Below, one piece after another: positions 13,661 to 26,979 of a stretch of DNA of 64,000 bases. Position numbers and translations under genes: made by a program. The DNA is from Octopus sinensis (taxonomy: Eukaryota): positions 77,252,001-77,316,000 of the forward strand of contig NC_043008.1 in assembly GCF_006345805.1 (NCBI RefSeq). The letters run 5' to 3'. Below the pieces are notes generated by a model. The model was not told the origin of the DNA. It worked only from the letters and a program-made list of their open reading frames with translations, and did not search any database. Each line of letters starts with the position of its first letter. Within the stretch, counting starts at the first letter, position 1.

Positions 13661-14873
13661 TGTTTCATTCTCTTTTTTCCCTTTTGGAAAGTAGCAAATA
13701 ACAATGAAAATATTCAGGAATTGCGCTGAACCATAATCTCATTATTAATGATATTTCGTTTGTCTGGCAGAAATTAATCTCAGACTGAATAATCTAATCT
13801 CATTACAACAGTTAATTCACTTTTCCAAATTTGGTTTACAAAAAGCGAGGACAGATTAGAAATGTAAGAATTCTTTCTCCACTTTTACCATCTTTTCCAA
13901 CAGAAATCTTCCTTTGAAGTATTTTTCTTTCATAATTTCGCCCCAAACACATATTTTAACTCTATTTTTACTCATTGATGACGTGTTTTAATATTTTTAT
14001 ACGCGATTGTTGTTGTTGTTGGTGGTTTTAAAATCTGAATATCTAGTTATTTATTTGTGTGATAAATGTTTAAACGGATGAATTTTATTAGATGTACAGA
14101 GTTACCAAACAAGATCTGTTAGTGATTATGGTGGGGATTGGAATTGAGAAAGGAGGAAAGAAAATATATTGGAGTAAGAAAAATAGGAGAGAAAGAAGGG
14201 GAGGAAGGAGAGGAAGAAGAAGAAAGGAGAGAAGGAAAGGAAGAAAAATGAGAGAAGGAGATAAATAATATATGAACTTAACCAGACTAAAAGAATCCAC
14301 TTGACATCGAAAAGAAGCTGCATAGTTCTTCAAATCATTGCGATTTTTCTTGTCCAACAACTATTTTAGATGGATGGAATACTGTGGAACTGAGAAGAAT
14401 ATTTGTGTGTGGAATCACTGTGTAATTTTCTCTCTCTCTCTCTCTCTCCATCCATCCATCCCTCTTTCTTGCCCCCTATTCAACGTTGTGTTTCTTCATT
14501 TGTCCTTCCTTTCCTTAATTCCGTTATCTCTTTTCCCGTCTTCTCATCTCCACTTCCTGCTCAAGTCTACTTTTACTCTTTCTATCACCTTCTCAATACG
14601 ATATCCTTCTCTCCTTCTCTTTCTTTCTGTCTTTCTCTAACTACTACTCCCCCCTTTTTTACTACTCTCTTCCTTCTCTTCTACCAACAATAACAGTAAT
14701 ATCCTACAGTTATAGCTTCCGTCTCAGCCCCACGTTATAACTCACATCATAAGATGCACTTCTACTTACTTAGTAATATTACCTCACCTATTTACCCCAC
14801 CTCTTACTTCACTTATGACCCCTTCCACTATAGCTGTATGCTTACCGTTTCTATCACCTCTTCAGTACTCTGA

Positions 14874-15010
14874 CACAAGCTCGGGAACAGGGGGTGCAGG
14901 GGGTGCAAGCGCATCCCCTAAAACTTTTATGAGGCAATGAAAACGCTTTGAACATCCTTCTGAAAAGCCGAGTGTGCACTCCCTAAGCAAATTTCGTTCC
15001 TGCACGTATG
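14874..15010. mobile_element. hAT-type MITE (137 bp)
   Basis: Degenerate TIR CA..GGAAC / GTTCC..TG; 8-bp TSD TACTCTGA / TACCCTGA (7/8). Confidence 0.6.
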
Positions 15011-15279
15011 TACCCTGATTCATACGTCATCCCATGTAATGTCTAATATCTCACACAACCACCCCCATTCCCCCCACACTTCTCATATCTCACAACAAAC
15101 TATCACACATCTTACCTAAAACATTCCTTCGTATTATTACAGCTTAATCATTATATAACTGTAATATAAAAAAACGGTTGGTACTCCGGAAGAGCATTTA
15201 CCTTCTCCGGGTCATTGAATTTCTTTCCCGCTCATCCGTGGTCATCGCTACTTGGGGTCTGCTCTCCTGTGTCAGTCAC

Positions 15280-15560
15280 AAGTGGAACTGCGCTAATGTT
15301 AGGTGACATCAGCAACGCCTTTAACCATGTGTCCGATAATACTCTACGAATTCAACTACATACTTTAAGGACTTCTTTGTCTTATCTCTTGGTTTAAAAG
15401 ATTCTTGCCAGATCACATTACACAATGCACTAAATATCAAATCTGTATGTCTCCGCCACTAGCGCGGTTATACCACTCTTCTCTAACCTTGGACACACAG
15501 ACATTATCTAGACGCAAACTAGATGTCCTGCAATAAAATTACACACCTTCCATGGATAAA
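15280..15560 (+). mobile_element. Ancient non-LTR RT remnant
   Basis: LGDISNAFNHV resembles the LDISKAFDRV motif of CR1/Jockey-group RT; downstream sequence is heavily decayed. Confidence 0.4.
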
Positions 15561-15744
15561 AACCATGCACCCCTCCCAACCCAGTGGGTTGGGAGGGGTG
15601 TATGTCAATCATTCAACTGCACAAAAATGCAATCTCTACACATGTCAAAAAAGATCCCAATGTCCTGCGAACGTTATCTCCCGCTGCAACCACTTAAATA
15701 TTGGTTTAAAATTTTGGCACAAGGATAAGCTGATTACATAAATC

Positions 15745-15893
15745 CCAGTGTTCAACAGGTACCTATCTTATCGACCCCGAAACGTTGAAAAGCAAAATCG
15801 ACCGCGGCGAAATTTGAACTACGAACGTAAAGTCGGAAGAAATAGCCGCTAAGCATTTTTCCTGGCGTGGTAACAACTCTGCCAGCTCGCTGA
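15745..15893 (-). mobile_element. SINE family A
   Basis: Reverse complement of the family A head and B box (GAACT..TTTGAACT). Confidence 0.8.
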
Positions 15894-16209
15894 CTCGCCG
15901 CTTCCACAATAAATATTAACACTACACTAGAACACCCAATGTCTCTATAAAGGCTAGGCCACATAGTTTGAATATCTTTAACATCAAACGCCACATATAA
16001 ACAGTAAGTTGACATTTCAAAGATTGACCATTCTCTTCAGAGCCAGAAAACATACTTCACCCACATACTCCCACCTTCAGCAATTATACACTTTTACGCA
16101 AAGCCCACAATGGAGTATCACTTCTGCTATGATACTTCTGCTATGTTCACATAAACATTATAAACTCACAATAGATTACTGCTCTCCAATCAAGATTAGT
16201 AGTTTTTAT

Positions 16210-18260
16210 TTACCAAGACCTATTCCCCATAGGAAGGAGTAGCCACAGCAAGACATACACTAGGCATTCCATTCATTTCCCAGCTCATAGAGGCGAGCCC
16301 CGCCCTTTGTTCGGATCAAGGCATAGAACGCAACCCCCGATATCGGCAGTGGGGCCCGACAGCATGTGCTGGTTTACCCCCGCCGCATCATGCTGGTTCC
16401 GTACCCGTTTGAGCAACATCAATTCAATCATCTGTCCACAAACACTCTCCAAGCTTTCCTATCATTTATAAACTCTCTTGCTTCTCTCACTCCAACATCT
16501 CTAACTTTCCTCACTCCATCCATCCATCCATCCATCCATCCACACAAACCGAGGTCTGCCTCAGGTTCTGCTACCTACCACTTCCGTCTTCATCACTCTC
16601 CTTACCATCCGCTTCTCATCCATCTTCTCCGTGTGGCCAAACCACCCAAACATTCGTCTGTCCATTCTGATACATAGATTTTCTCTCATTCTTGCTCGCC
16701 TTCGCACCTCCTCATCGCTAATCCTGTCCATCCGTGTCACACCAACCATAGCCCTCAAACATCTCATCTCAACCACATCTAGTCACCTTTCTGCCTCTCT
16801 TAGACCCCACATCTCTGCACCATATAACATTGTCGGCACGATCACGCCCTCATTTCGCTTTCATATTCAACCTTTTATCTCTCAACATACCTTTCACAAC
16901 TCCAAGTATCTTACTGTCCTCCCTCACTCTATGTCCCACTTCCTCAGCCAATCCCCACCATCCGCCGTCACATGTGATGCCTGATACTTAAAGACACTCA
17001 TCTCCTGTAACATTTCACCATTTATACTCACATTCATCCTACCAGCCATTCCATCTCTCGAACATCTCATCACCTTACTCTTAGCTGCGTTCACTTTCAG
17101 TTTCTTCCTCTCACACACTCTTCCAAATTCTACCACCAGTCTCCTCAGTTGCTCTTCCGAATCCACCACCAGTGATGTATCATCGGTAAACAACTGACTC
17201 ATCTACCATTTCTCTCCATTTTCCCCACCATTTGGGATCCCTTACCAAAGGTTCTAGCAGTCCCCTCCCTCACCATACCATCCATATATAAATTAAACAG
17301 CCACGGAGACATCACACAACCCTGTCTTAACCCCACCTTCACATCAAACCACTCACTCACTTCACCAACCACCCTAACGCATGCCCTACTTTCTCTATAG
17401 AAACTCTGTACAGCTCTCAACAATCTACCATCTACTCCATACAACCGCAACACCCGCCACATTGCATCCCTGTCCACACGGTCATATGCGTTCTCTATAA
17501 AGGCCCAATATACATCCCTCCCCACATCTGCCTTATACAAATATCTGATCTGCACACCCCCTTCCACTCCTAAAACCGCACTACTCCTCCCCTATTATAT
17601 TCTATGTCTGGTTCCTCATCCTTACAATCAGAATTCTTCCATACAGTTTACCAACCACACATAACAGACTTATACTCGCTAAAATTTCCACACTCACATT
17701 TATTCCCTGTCCCCCTTGTACAGTAGTACTATACAGGCACTGCAGCAGTCCTTTGGTACTCTTCCAGCCATATAACAAACATTCATAAGCCTCACTAACC
17801 ACTCCTCCTTCTTTAGACATTCCACTGTACACCCATCTATACCTGGCGTCTTCTGGTTTGCATTCTTCCGCAAGGATTCCCTCACCTCCTCCCTTTTAGT
17901 TGCACCACAGTTCTATTCCCCAACAACAAGCATTCTCCTCTCTCCTCCTACAGCCACTTTACTTGCTTCCCCATCATCCTCCATATTTAACAGCTCACTA
18001 AAATACTCTGCCCGTCTCCTTTGTACATCCTCACTTCCCTTTAACAAATTTCCATTTACATCCTTCACCTTTATTTCCTTCTTCCAACCACCTTCCTTAC
18101 CCTCCGTACATCTTTCCAAAACATCTTTTTATCTTTTATAAAATATTTACTCAACTTCCCTCCACTCCATCACACTCTCCTGCACACGATCACTCACCAG
18201 CAATGCCACTCCCTCATGACCCCTCCTCTGCTTTACTCACACAACAATTCTAAATCCATA
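16210..18260 (-). mobile_element. RTE-clade LINE, fragmented
   Basis: Broken ORFs: EGVALLV (APE), PGIDG..WLVRLMNVC, ENAYDRVDR, GLRQGCVMSPWLFNLYMDG, LFTDDTSL, EMRCLRAM..WFGHTEKM. Confidence 0.88.
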
Positions 18261-19739
18261 ATGATGCACTGCTCCTATATTTAGGATAGTGATACTCCTG
18301 CTATACTCACATATTCATTTTAGACAGCACCTAAATAAAGGCCATTCAACTAATTGCCAAGAATCTTACAAACCACAGAGCAACAGGTGCAATCATTCGT
18401 CACAACGTCGATACTCTTGAATTCCCTTACCTCCCACTCTTCCTTATAGACGTCCACGTGAACATTAACTACAGAATTTCCTAATGAGGAAATATAAAAT
18501 TAATTTCACGTATTTAAATCATACAGTGTAAGCCTTCAATGTAAAAAGATGTAAACACATCTTTTATTCCATTGGCATACAGGAAAATAATGAAAATTGC
18601 CCTGAAATATTTCATAGCTTTTTTGCAAGGTGCACCTCGTTCTTATGCTCACGAAGCGTACCTAGAGCAATTTCTATGTTTATTCATTCATTCATTCATT
18701 TAATTACTCCGCCTACGAATTCATGGTATGCAAATTAGGCTAGGGATTTCAGTTAAGTTTTGGTTTGTAGGCACATAACGATTGCTAAATCTCTCAAACT
18801 TAGAAACTTTTAAAATTTAAAACCTTTCGGTAAAGTCTTCCTATTTATCATTTGATTCGGTAAATTAATTGTTGAATGAATTTCTGTTAACATCAACTTT
18901 ATGATATTTTAGAATGAAATATTCGTTCTTAGGATCTAGATGTTAAGTTCTGTCGCCTGCAGAAAGTGAGTATTATTTTGAGCGTATTCCAGCAAGATTT
19001 TTTATTTTATTTTATTGAAACAAACAGAATTATTTTTAACGATACCACAATACACATCTCCAAGTCTGTCAAAACAAACATGTCTGTCGACAGAATTTTG
19101 AAGACTCTTTATTTTTTATCTTATTTGACCCGTTCAATTTGGGCAGAAGATATTACCTCGAAGTTGATAAATAATGAATATTTACTCCTACTTCTTAACG
19201 CTCTGATAGTTGTTTAGTTCAACTCGCCATCTTAATCTTTTTGCATTATAAACGAGTCTCTTCTGTCGCCTTTAATTGTTTGGCCAAACAATGTTCACTA
19301 GCCCCTATTATTTATTCTAATCTCTCATTTAACACAACTAGATTTATTTCTGATGGTGAAAACATTTGAAGGCTCAAATCTGCATTATCGTTACTTAAGT
19401 ATGTGGCTACTTCTGCTCTATAATTAAATTAACTATTTTATGACGTGGATGTGTAGCTATCTTCCTTCTCTAATCATTTAATCAATACTTACAGTTTCAC
19501 ATTCGTACGAGTTAGTTTGTCATCTCCAACACTGATATGTTCTTACGCTCTAATCACGTAGTATTGCAAACAGTAACTGTTAAAGAACTGTAGATGGTTG
19601 AAAAAAAAAAAAACGAAATATTAAATGTCAGCTTACTTTTCTTCTGTATAGCAAAGTTCAATAGACTCAGTGACTATCTTCCCTTTGCATAGACTTAAAT
19701 AAACAGTTCAGCGAACTAAATCACATTGTGGTATATCGT

Positions 19740-20400
19740 TACATTTAGGCAAACTATTACTTTCATGTGGTACTTCATTACATGTAGGTGGACTGTATCT
19801 TTTCGTGCTACCTAGCTACAACGATGAACCAGACTTTCCTGTGACATAAGAATGAACTATACTTCCCTATGGTACCTAGTTGTAATAAGGAATCATACTT
19901 TCCTATGGTACCTCATTGCTTTCATGTGGTATCTAGTTTAGGAGCATTCCACAATATTGCGTCGTCTTACATCCAGGTAAATCCTATCAGACTGTTTTAC
20001 CATCTATCCAGACCGTACCACTTTATGCCACCTACATATAATAGTAAACCATACAACCATGAGGTACCCATTTTCAATTGTAAACACAACTACTATGTGG
20101 TACATACAAACGTAAACTATACTATCACATGGTACTCACAGCAGTAAACTATACCATCATCGCATAGTGCATAAATTAGCAAATTATACAAACATATGGT
20201 ACCTACTTAGAGCGGTAAACTCTCCGTTACGTGGCACTTACAAGCTGAGGCAAAGTATACCACCATGTGATACCTATTAACAGGAGTAAACTAATCCACC
20301 AGATGGTGCCTATATACAGTTGCACACTATACCATTGGGTGGTACCTAGAGTACAAAGCTACGCTACTATGTTGTACCCATTTTTGTGCAGGATAGATTT
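19740..20400. repeat. Degenerate ~35-bp minisatellite with (T)GGTACC core
   Basis: Recurrent AAACTATAC..ATG(T)GGTACCT. Confidence 0.7.
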
Positions 20401-20479
20401 ACCATAATTAGTTTTCTCTATTGAAAATTATATCATCCCATCACATTTTAGTTTTTCATGTATTAGGAAATATAAGTGA

Positions 20480-21100
20480 GGTATTACACACAGAGAGGAC
20501 AAAACATTGTTCTTTCTCTTCCATGTGTATTACGTATGGAGAGACTATAGTATTGTCCCTTCTGTTCCAGATGTATTTCCTATAAGGGGAACATAGCATT
20601 GTCCCTTATATACCATATGTATTACTTATAGAGAGCATAGCATTGTCTCTTCTGGTCTTGATGTATCACGTACAGAGAGAACAAAACGTTGTCCCATCTA
20701 TTCTAGATGTATTACGTATAGAGAGGACATTGCATTGTCCCTTATGTCATAGATGTATTTAGTGCCGGATTTACCATTGTGCTTAGATGTGATTAAGCAC
20801 AGGGCCCTATTGACCAGTGGGTCGGTGGGGGGCATCTTCCTACTCAAAAAATATTTTACGATGAATTTCCTGAGCATATATGCCCCACTGCCCAAATAAG
20901 GGGCCTCATAACTTAACTAGCGTGGGGTCTCATTTGTCCTAAATCTGGCACCGGATGTATTACATACAGGCAGGACAAAACATTGTCCCTTCTGTTCTAG
21001 AAGTACTACGTATAGAGAGGGCATAGCATTGTCCTTCCTATCCTATTCCAGATATATTGCGTATAAACGTATAAAGAGGATATCGCGTTGTCCCTCCCAA
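20480..21100. repeat. ~46-bp minisatellite (about 9 units), interrupted by a MITE
   Basis: Unit approximately GATGTATTACGTATAGAGAGGACATAGCATTGTCCCTTCTGTTCTA. Confidence 0.85.
20760..20953. mobile_element. hAT-type MITE (194 bp)
   Basis: TIR AGTGCCGGATTTA / TAAATCTGGCACCG; perfect 8-bp TSD GATGTATT at 20752-20759 and 20954-20961. Confidence 0.88.
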
Positions 21101-21440
21101 ATGACATTCACAAATCAATAAATCTACCAGATATTTCTCCTAACATATTTCAAATACTATTTGTTATTATTCAACATTTCGCTCAATTTTCAACCTTTGC
21201 TTCATTAATCTTTTCAAGTGAACAGCAACCGGTGGTGGCGGGAGGGATGAGCTAGCTTGTTATTTGGACCTTGAAGCTACAGTATTTTGTCAATAGAAAC
21301 AATTTATAACCTTTCTTTCCGTGACGCCCTCTACAGTTTGCACTTGAGAACACCTACAATAATATGTTCTCTTACTACTGCAGCACAATCTGTGCAGAAG
21401 CAATGTCTATGTGTGTATGTGTGGCTGTGTGTGCGTGAGT

Positions 21441-21552
<112 letters not shown>

Positions 21553-22182
21553 TTGTATACGAGCTGTTTGCCAATAAACTCCTATTCTGCAACAAGCAGC
21601 AGTAAAAATGTGGAGAGTGTTGTGGTTGTTGGCGGTATATGAAATACTCTGACAATCGGCTCCGATATTTTTGCGCTGCCGTATTAAAACGACTTTGCTG
21701 TAACTTAAAGCAATGTTAGAGCGATGTCTAGCTCAGCCAATCAGAACACTTCATAGCTGGCTGTTTACTGGAAACGCTGATACAAAAGAACCTACAGCAA
21801 TTCGGTCGGATGTCAAGGTCAGAGATATTAAGAACAACACAATAAACTAGACTACTGCTGCTGCTGTGGCTGCCGTCACTGCTACTGCTGCTGGTTTGTC
21901 TGTTTATATAGGATTTAGTATTCTGGCGTTGGAAGAAATTTCGGTTATCTTACAAGATATTTCGACTTTACCAACACTTCAACCGACACAACTACGACTA
22001 CAACTAACACCACCACCATCACCACTGCCATCACTGCTACCACCTCTGCTAACGAAACTGTCATTAACACTACCAATACTACAACAACCACCACGACCAC
22101 CACCACTAACTGTCATTATTATCATCAACACCACTAACACTTCATCTAGTAACTTGCAAATATATAGACAGTTTAAGGAGAC

Positions 22183-22373
22183 AAGCTGGCAGATCCGTTA
22201 GCACGCCGGACAAAATGCTTAGCGGCATTTCTTCCGTTTTTATTCTCTGAGTTTAAATGCCGCCGAGGTCGACTTCGTCGATAAAATACGCACCAGTTGA
22301 TAACTGAGGTCAATGTAATTGAATAACCCACTCCTCCGAAATTGCTGGCCTTGTGCCAAAATTCAAAACCATT
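22183..22373 (+). mobile_element. SINE family A
   Basis: GCTGGCAGATCCGTTAGCACGCCGGACAAAATGCTTAGCGG head; aligns with the copy at 584. Confidence 0.82.
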
Positions 22374-22393
22374 AAACTGACACTATGTTTATA

Positions 22394-23599
22394 TCAGGTC
22401 ATCCCATAAGTTCTGTCTGAATTTTGAATAAAGAAAACAAGTGCTCAAATGTTATATCTATGATTATCTATGACTTCCTTCCATCAATTTACAAGCTTTT
22501 TAATCCCATCAATGTAAAACTCTTTTGCTTTCAAAGCGAAGAACTCTGAAATGTCAGTTTCGACCTCCTCCTGGATTGCGAAAGTTATGTCCCCCAAATG
22601 ATTTTTGCAAACTACGTAACAGATGGTAGTCTAAAGAAGCAAGGTCGAGAGAATAAGGTGAACGAGGAATTTTTTCCCAAACAAGCTCTTCGATCTTCTG
22701 TGATGTGATCTTTGCAGTGAGGGGTCGCGTATTGTCCTGATGAAACATCACTCCTTTTCGATTCACTTGGTTCAAACGCTCTAATAGCTGACAGCTGCCT
22801 TGAGCATTGATTATTGCGTTAGGTGGTAACAATTCAAAGTGAATTACTCTAACTGCAAACCCACCAGATAGAGAGAACTTTTTTCCCATGAAGTTCCCTT
22901 CTCGGTTGTGGTTGAGCTTTTTCCCTTTTACCAAGCCACTGTTTATGACGCTTAACATTTCGATAGAAGATCCATTTTTCGTCACTAGTCACAATTCTAT
23001 CCAAAAAGGGTGAAATGAGTTCGCGAGAATAGAGAGAAGAGCAGATGCCAACTCGGGATTTGCGGTTGCTTTCGGATAATTCATGAGGCACTCATTTTCC
23101 AAGTTAAGGAATCTTTCCAAGTTGTTGAAGATGACGATGAACACTTGTATGGTTTTAACTAAGCTTTATTGCCAATTCTTCGACTGATAATGCAGGATTT
23201 TCTTCAAGTAATGCCTCAAGGAGCTTATCATCAAACTCAACTGGACGTCCTGTTCGATCTTCATCTTCAAGGCTGAAATGTCCACTTCTGAATTTTGCAA
23301 ACCATCTTCTGCAAATTCTTTCATTCAAGCATTCTTTCCCATAAACTTAGTGTATGTTTCGAGTCGCTTCAGCTGCAGTACTCATAAAGCATTATGTGCC
23401 TCAAATGCTCTTTGGATACTTTCATGTTTAAAAGGGTTTTAATCAAAGAAATTTTAATTTTATTATTCTGTAAAATAATATTTAATTAGTTTAAATGTAT
23501 ACAAATGCATAAAAATAATTTTTAATTCCATTAGACGTTCTAAAATACTATTAAATTTCATTCAATTTTTAAAATCCCAGAACTTATGGGATGATCTGA
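22394..23599 (-). mobile_element. Mariner transposon (D,D34D), full length, decayed
   Basis: TIR TCAGGTCATCCCATAAGTTCT / AGAACTTATGGGATGATCTGA with TA flanks; IVTSDEKW, FHQDNTRP and PYSLDLASLDYHL in shifted frames. Confidence 0.93.
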
Positions 23600-24144
23600 T
23601 ACTTAGCAAATGCATTATAACATACAAGATACATATAGGCATCTACAAAAAAGACTCTTGCTCAGCTGCTGCGTTGCGCATAACCTCTGAAGAGCGCACT
23701 TCTTTTGTAAATCTTTTCCTTGGAGACATTTGTCTTTCCTCAGGGAAGTTTTTCTCTTTAAGGCCCCAGTAGTTTTGGCGGGGTGTCGGGTGGGCAAACT
23801 GGCAGTTTTTGCCGTCTTCCCCATGCCAACATTTGCCTTGCAGGTAAAATTTGCCGGTTCTTGAGTGCCTTCCAAATTTCTTCTCTCCTGTAGTGTTTTG
23901 GATGGCATTGGATCCTCCATGGGGTTTTCTGTTTTATGTTTGGTGGGTTGGGGTTTCGGTTTTGATTGTTTCATTTTTGCTTTCTCCTTTTTCTTCCTTT
24001 CCTTCTTTATGTTTGTGTTTGTGTTCCGTCCTTCCTTTTCTTGTGTTGGGAACTTTTTCTCTGGTTGTCCAAGTGGGTGAGGGCGAAAACTATTGTGCCT
24101 TTTCTGCCTGGTCATTCACAGGGTTGGGTGATCCATTCTTTTGA

Positions 24145-24206
<62 letters not shown>

Positions 24207-24221
<15 letters not shown>

Positions 24222-24510
24222 TATTTGGAAGAAGTGTTAAAGAAAAAGAGGGGAAGGCAGAGGGAAGAAGAAGAAAAAAAAATTTGTTCTGCTGGACAGG
24301 ATGTTTATTCCAAGGGGGGGGGCTAAGATCTTGGGGAAAAAGAATAATACTATAAAATGGTCAAAACTTAAATTCTTTTTCCCCAAGATCTTAGACCCCT
24401 CCCCTGGAATAAACATCCTGTCCAGCAGAACAAAATTTTTTTCTTCTTCTTCCCTCTGCCTTCCCCTCTTTTTCTTTAACACTTCTTCCAAATACAAAAA
24501 CACACACACA
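24207..24510. repeat. Near-perfect long inverted repeat (~138-bp arms, 26-bp spacer)
   Basis: 24207-24345 is the reverse complement of 24372-24510 apart from a few homopolymer or indel differences. Confidence 0.95.
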
Positions 24511-24511
24511 T

Positions 24512-24570
<59 letters not shown>

Positions 24571-24652
24571 ACTTTCTCCCCATCCGAACTTCTGAGTACC
24601 TCATTTCTTCTAATATAAAATACCTGTACATCATCTCCAAACCTTCCAATAT

Positions 24653-24695
<43 letters not shown>

Positions 24696-24818
24696 TATAT
24701 ATATATGCACATATATATATATACTTATATATATATACTTATATATATGCATATATATATATATACATATATACATATATATATATACATACTTATATAC
24801 ATATATATATATACACAC

Positions 24819-24857
<39 letters not shown>

Positions 24858-24892
24858 CTTATATATATATATGTGTGTGTGTATGTGTGTAT

Positions 24893-25110
24893 ATACATGA
24901 TCCTGGGTTAAGTTCTACTGCGTGACACATTATGCTAGTGTTTTCTATTACAGCCTTAGATCAACCAAAGCCTTGTGAGTGGATTTGGTAGAAGGAAACT
25001 GAAAAGAAGCCCATCGTGCGTGTATATGTTTGTGTGCGTGCACGTGCGCGCCTGTGCTTGTGTGTATCGTGTCTGTGTTTGTTCCCTAGACCGCTTGTCA
25101 ACCGGTGTTA
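24893..25110 (+). mobile_element. SINE family B, partial
   Basis: CAAAGCCTTGTGAGTGGATTTGGTAGAAGGAAACTGAAAAGAAGCCC matches the copy at 43697. Confidence 0.75.
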
Positions 25111-25254
25111 GTGAGGTAAGAAGTAAGGTAATATGGCTAAATAGGTACAAGAGTATCTCATGATATGAATAAAAAGATACGATAAAAAGTTATATATATA
25201 TATATTTGTGTGTGTGTGTGTGTCTATATGTATGTGTGTTTGTGGATTACTCAT

Positions 25255-25395
25255 GTTTGCCAGCTGAGTGGGCTGTAGTTACGTTAAATGAAGTGTCTTG
25301 CTTAAGAAACGCAGCGCATCGCCCCGTCCAGGAACTAAAACCACAATCTTACGATCATGATCGCTACACTCTAACCGCTAAACCACGCTTCTCCA
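25255..25395 (-). mobile_element. tRNA-headed SINE fragment
   Basis: Minus strand GGAGAAGCGTGGTTTAGCGGTTAGAGTG..GGTTTTAGTTCCTGG..GCAAGACACTT (tRNA-like head plus CORE-like motif). Confidence 0.55.
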
Positions 25396-26920
25396 CATTG
25401 TATAGCAATAGTGTTAGTATTATATAGCCATTATGCTAACTCCTTTACCACAATAATTTATGTGTCAAGAACGTAACACTTAAACGGATGAGATAGAAAA
25501 AGAAGTGCCCTTCAACAGAAAACTATTCGCTTGTCCAAGGATATAATTGAACTCAGTACTGGAAGCTAACGAACTAGTTACAGACTTGATTTATACACTC
25601 TGTTGTACCTAATCCCATGCTAGAAATTGCAGCAAAATTTCTCTTAAATCACACACTACTTGAGAAAGAAGCACTATAAAGTAATTGTTGATATATTATC
25701 TCTGAATAAAATACGAAATGGTCACAGCAGATCGGGTTTTAGGGAAATTTGGTTGCTTTTTTCAAGAAGGTCGAACAACACATAGTTGGTTCAATTACTT
25801 GCCAAGAGTGGACACAGCTGGCCTCTGTAAGTAGTAGGAACATAGTGTAAAGAACGAGTAACCCTTAAACTGGTTACAAATTTTCTGTTTTGTAGTTGTG
25901 TGTGGCTTGTGTGTAGATGTGTGTCTACACACGGTTTATGTTGATATGCCTGTAGATCTTGTGGATAAATATGGCGCGTGTAGCGTGAGTAGATGTATAT
26001 AATACGAGAATGTGTAAACGTGTGTGAGTGTGTGCGTGTATGTGTGTGTGTGTGCATATGGGTGTGTAGATGTGTGACGATGCAAGGAAAAGCCAAATCT
26101 TTGACATAGATATTTTCAGCAATAAAATCCGAATTTAGACTTCCGGGCTCGGAATTCTGCCATGTAGAATTAATCTTTCGCTATTTCTTCTTCTTTGTCT
26201 CAATGTTGTACTGAAATTAGAGGAGCGTCGAGAGAAGATTTTTAGAGAAATCTCAAGAAACCTGTTTATGTAATGGAATAGTTAAGTGTGCATCAAACTC
26301 AGCGTGCATCAAACCTGGTGCTATAAACGGAGTTCAACCACAGTAAAACCGTTCAAGTTTGCAGTGTTTTCTAGCTACACCTGCAGATCCGGAAGGAAAT
26401 ATAGATGGCTCCTGTAAACTATTTTCTATTTTGTCAACTTTTTTTTCATTAAGTAGAATTCTCAACTTAAATATTTACTTGTGCTATAAACAGAGTTCAA
26501 CCATTCTGATATAGGTTTTGTTATCTCCTTATTTTGAGATCGTACACGTGTGGTAAAGAGCGAAATGTTAGAGAAGTCGGTAAAGGAGGCTAACATTGTG
26601 GTCATTGCTGTGTATTAAGGATAACTAAAGCTGAAAGGGGAACACCTTCAGGGTCAACCATGCGTAGTATTGGCGTAGTACTGAGAGAGAAAGAAATTAT
26701 GTGCGAGATTATATTCTGAAATACTTTTTAAATATCAGATGTTAATCATGATTTGAGAAACTGGTAGGAATATGGCTCTTGTGCTGGTATTAGAATTATT
26801 TCCAAAAACCTAACGTGTAAGCTTCTTATACTTCAATCTGAGAGAAATTCAAACTCCTCACAATGATAGAATAATTTTAAAGCCGATATCCAATATTTAA
26901 TGAAATAGGAGTTTAAAATA

Positions 26921-26962
<42 letters not shown>

Positions 26963-26979
26963 CCTTCAATCCCATTGCC

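Noticed and set aside
20480-21100. CRISPR-like regular array
   Set aside because: Units are wholly homologous tandem repeats with no unique spacers, in eukaryotic context and with no cas genes.
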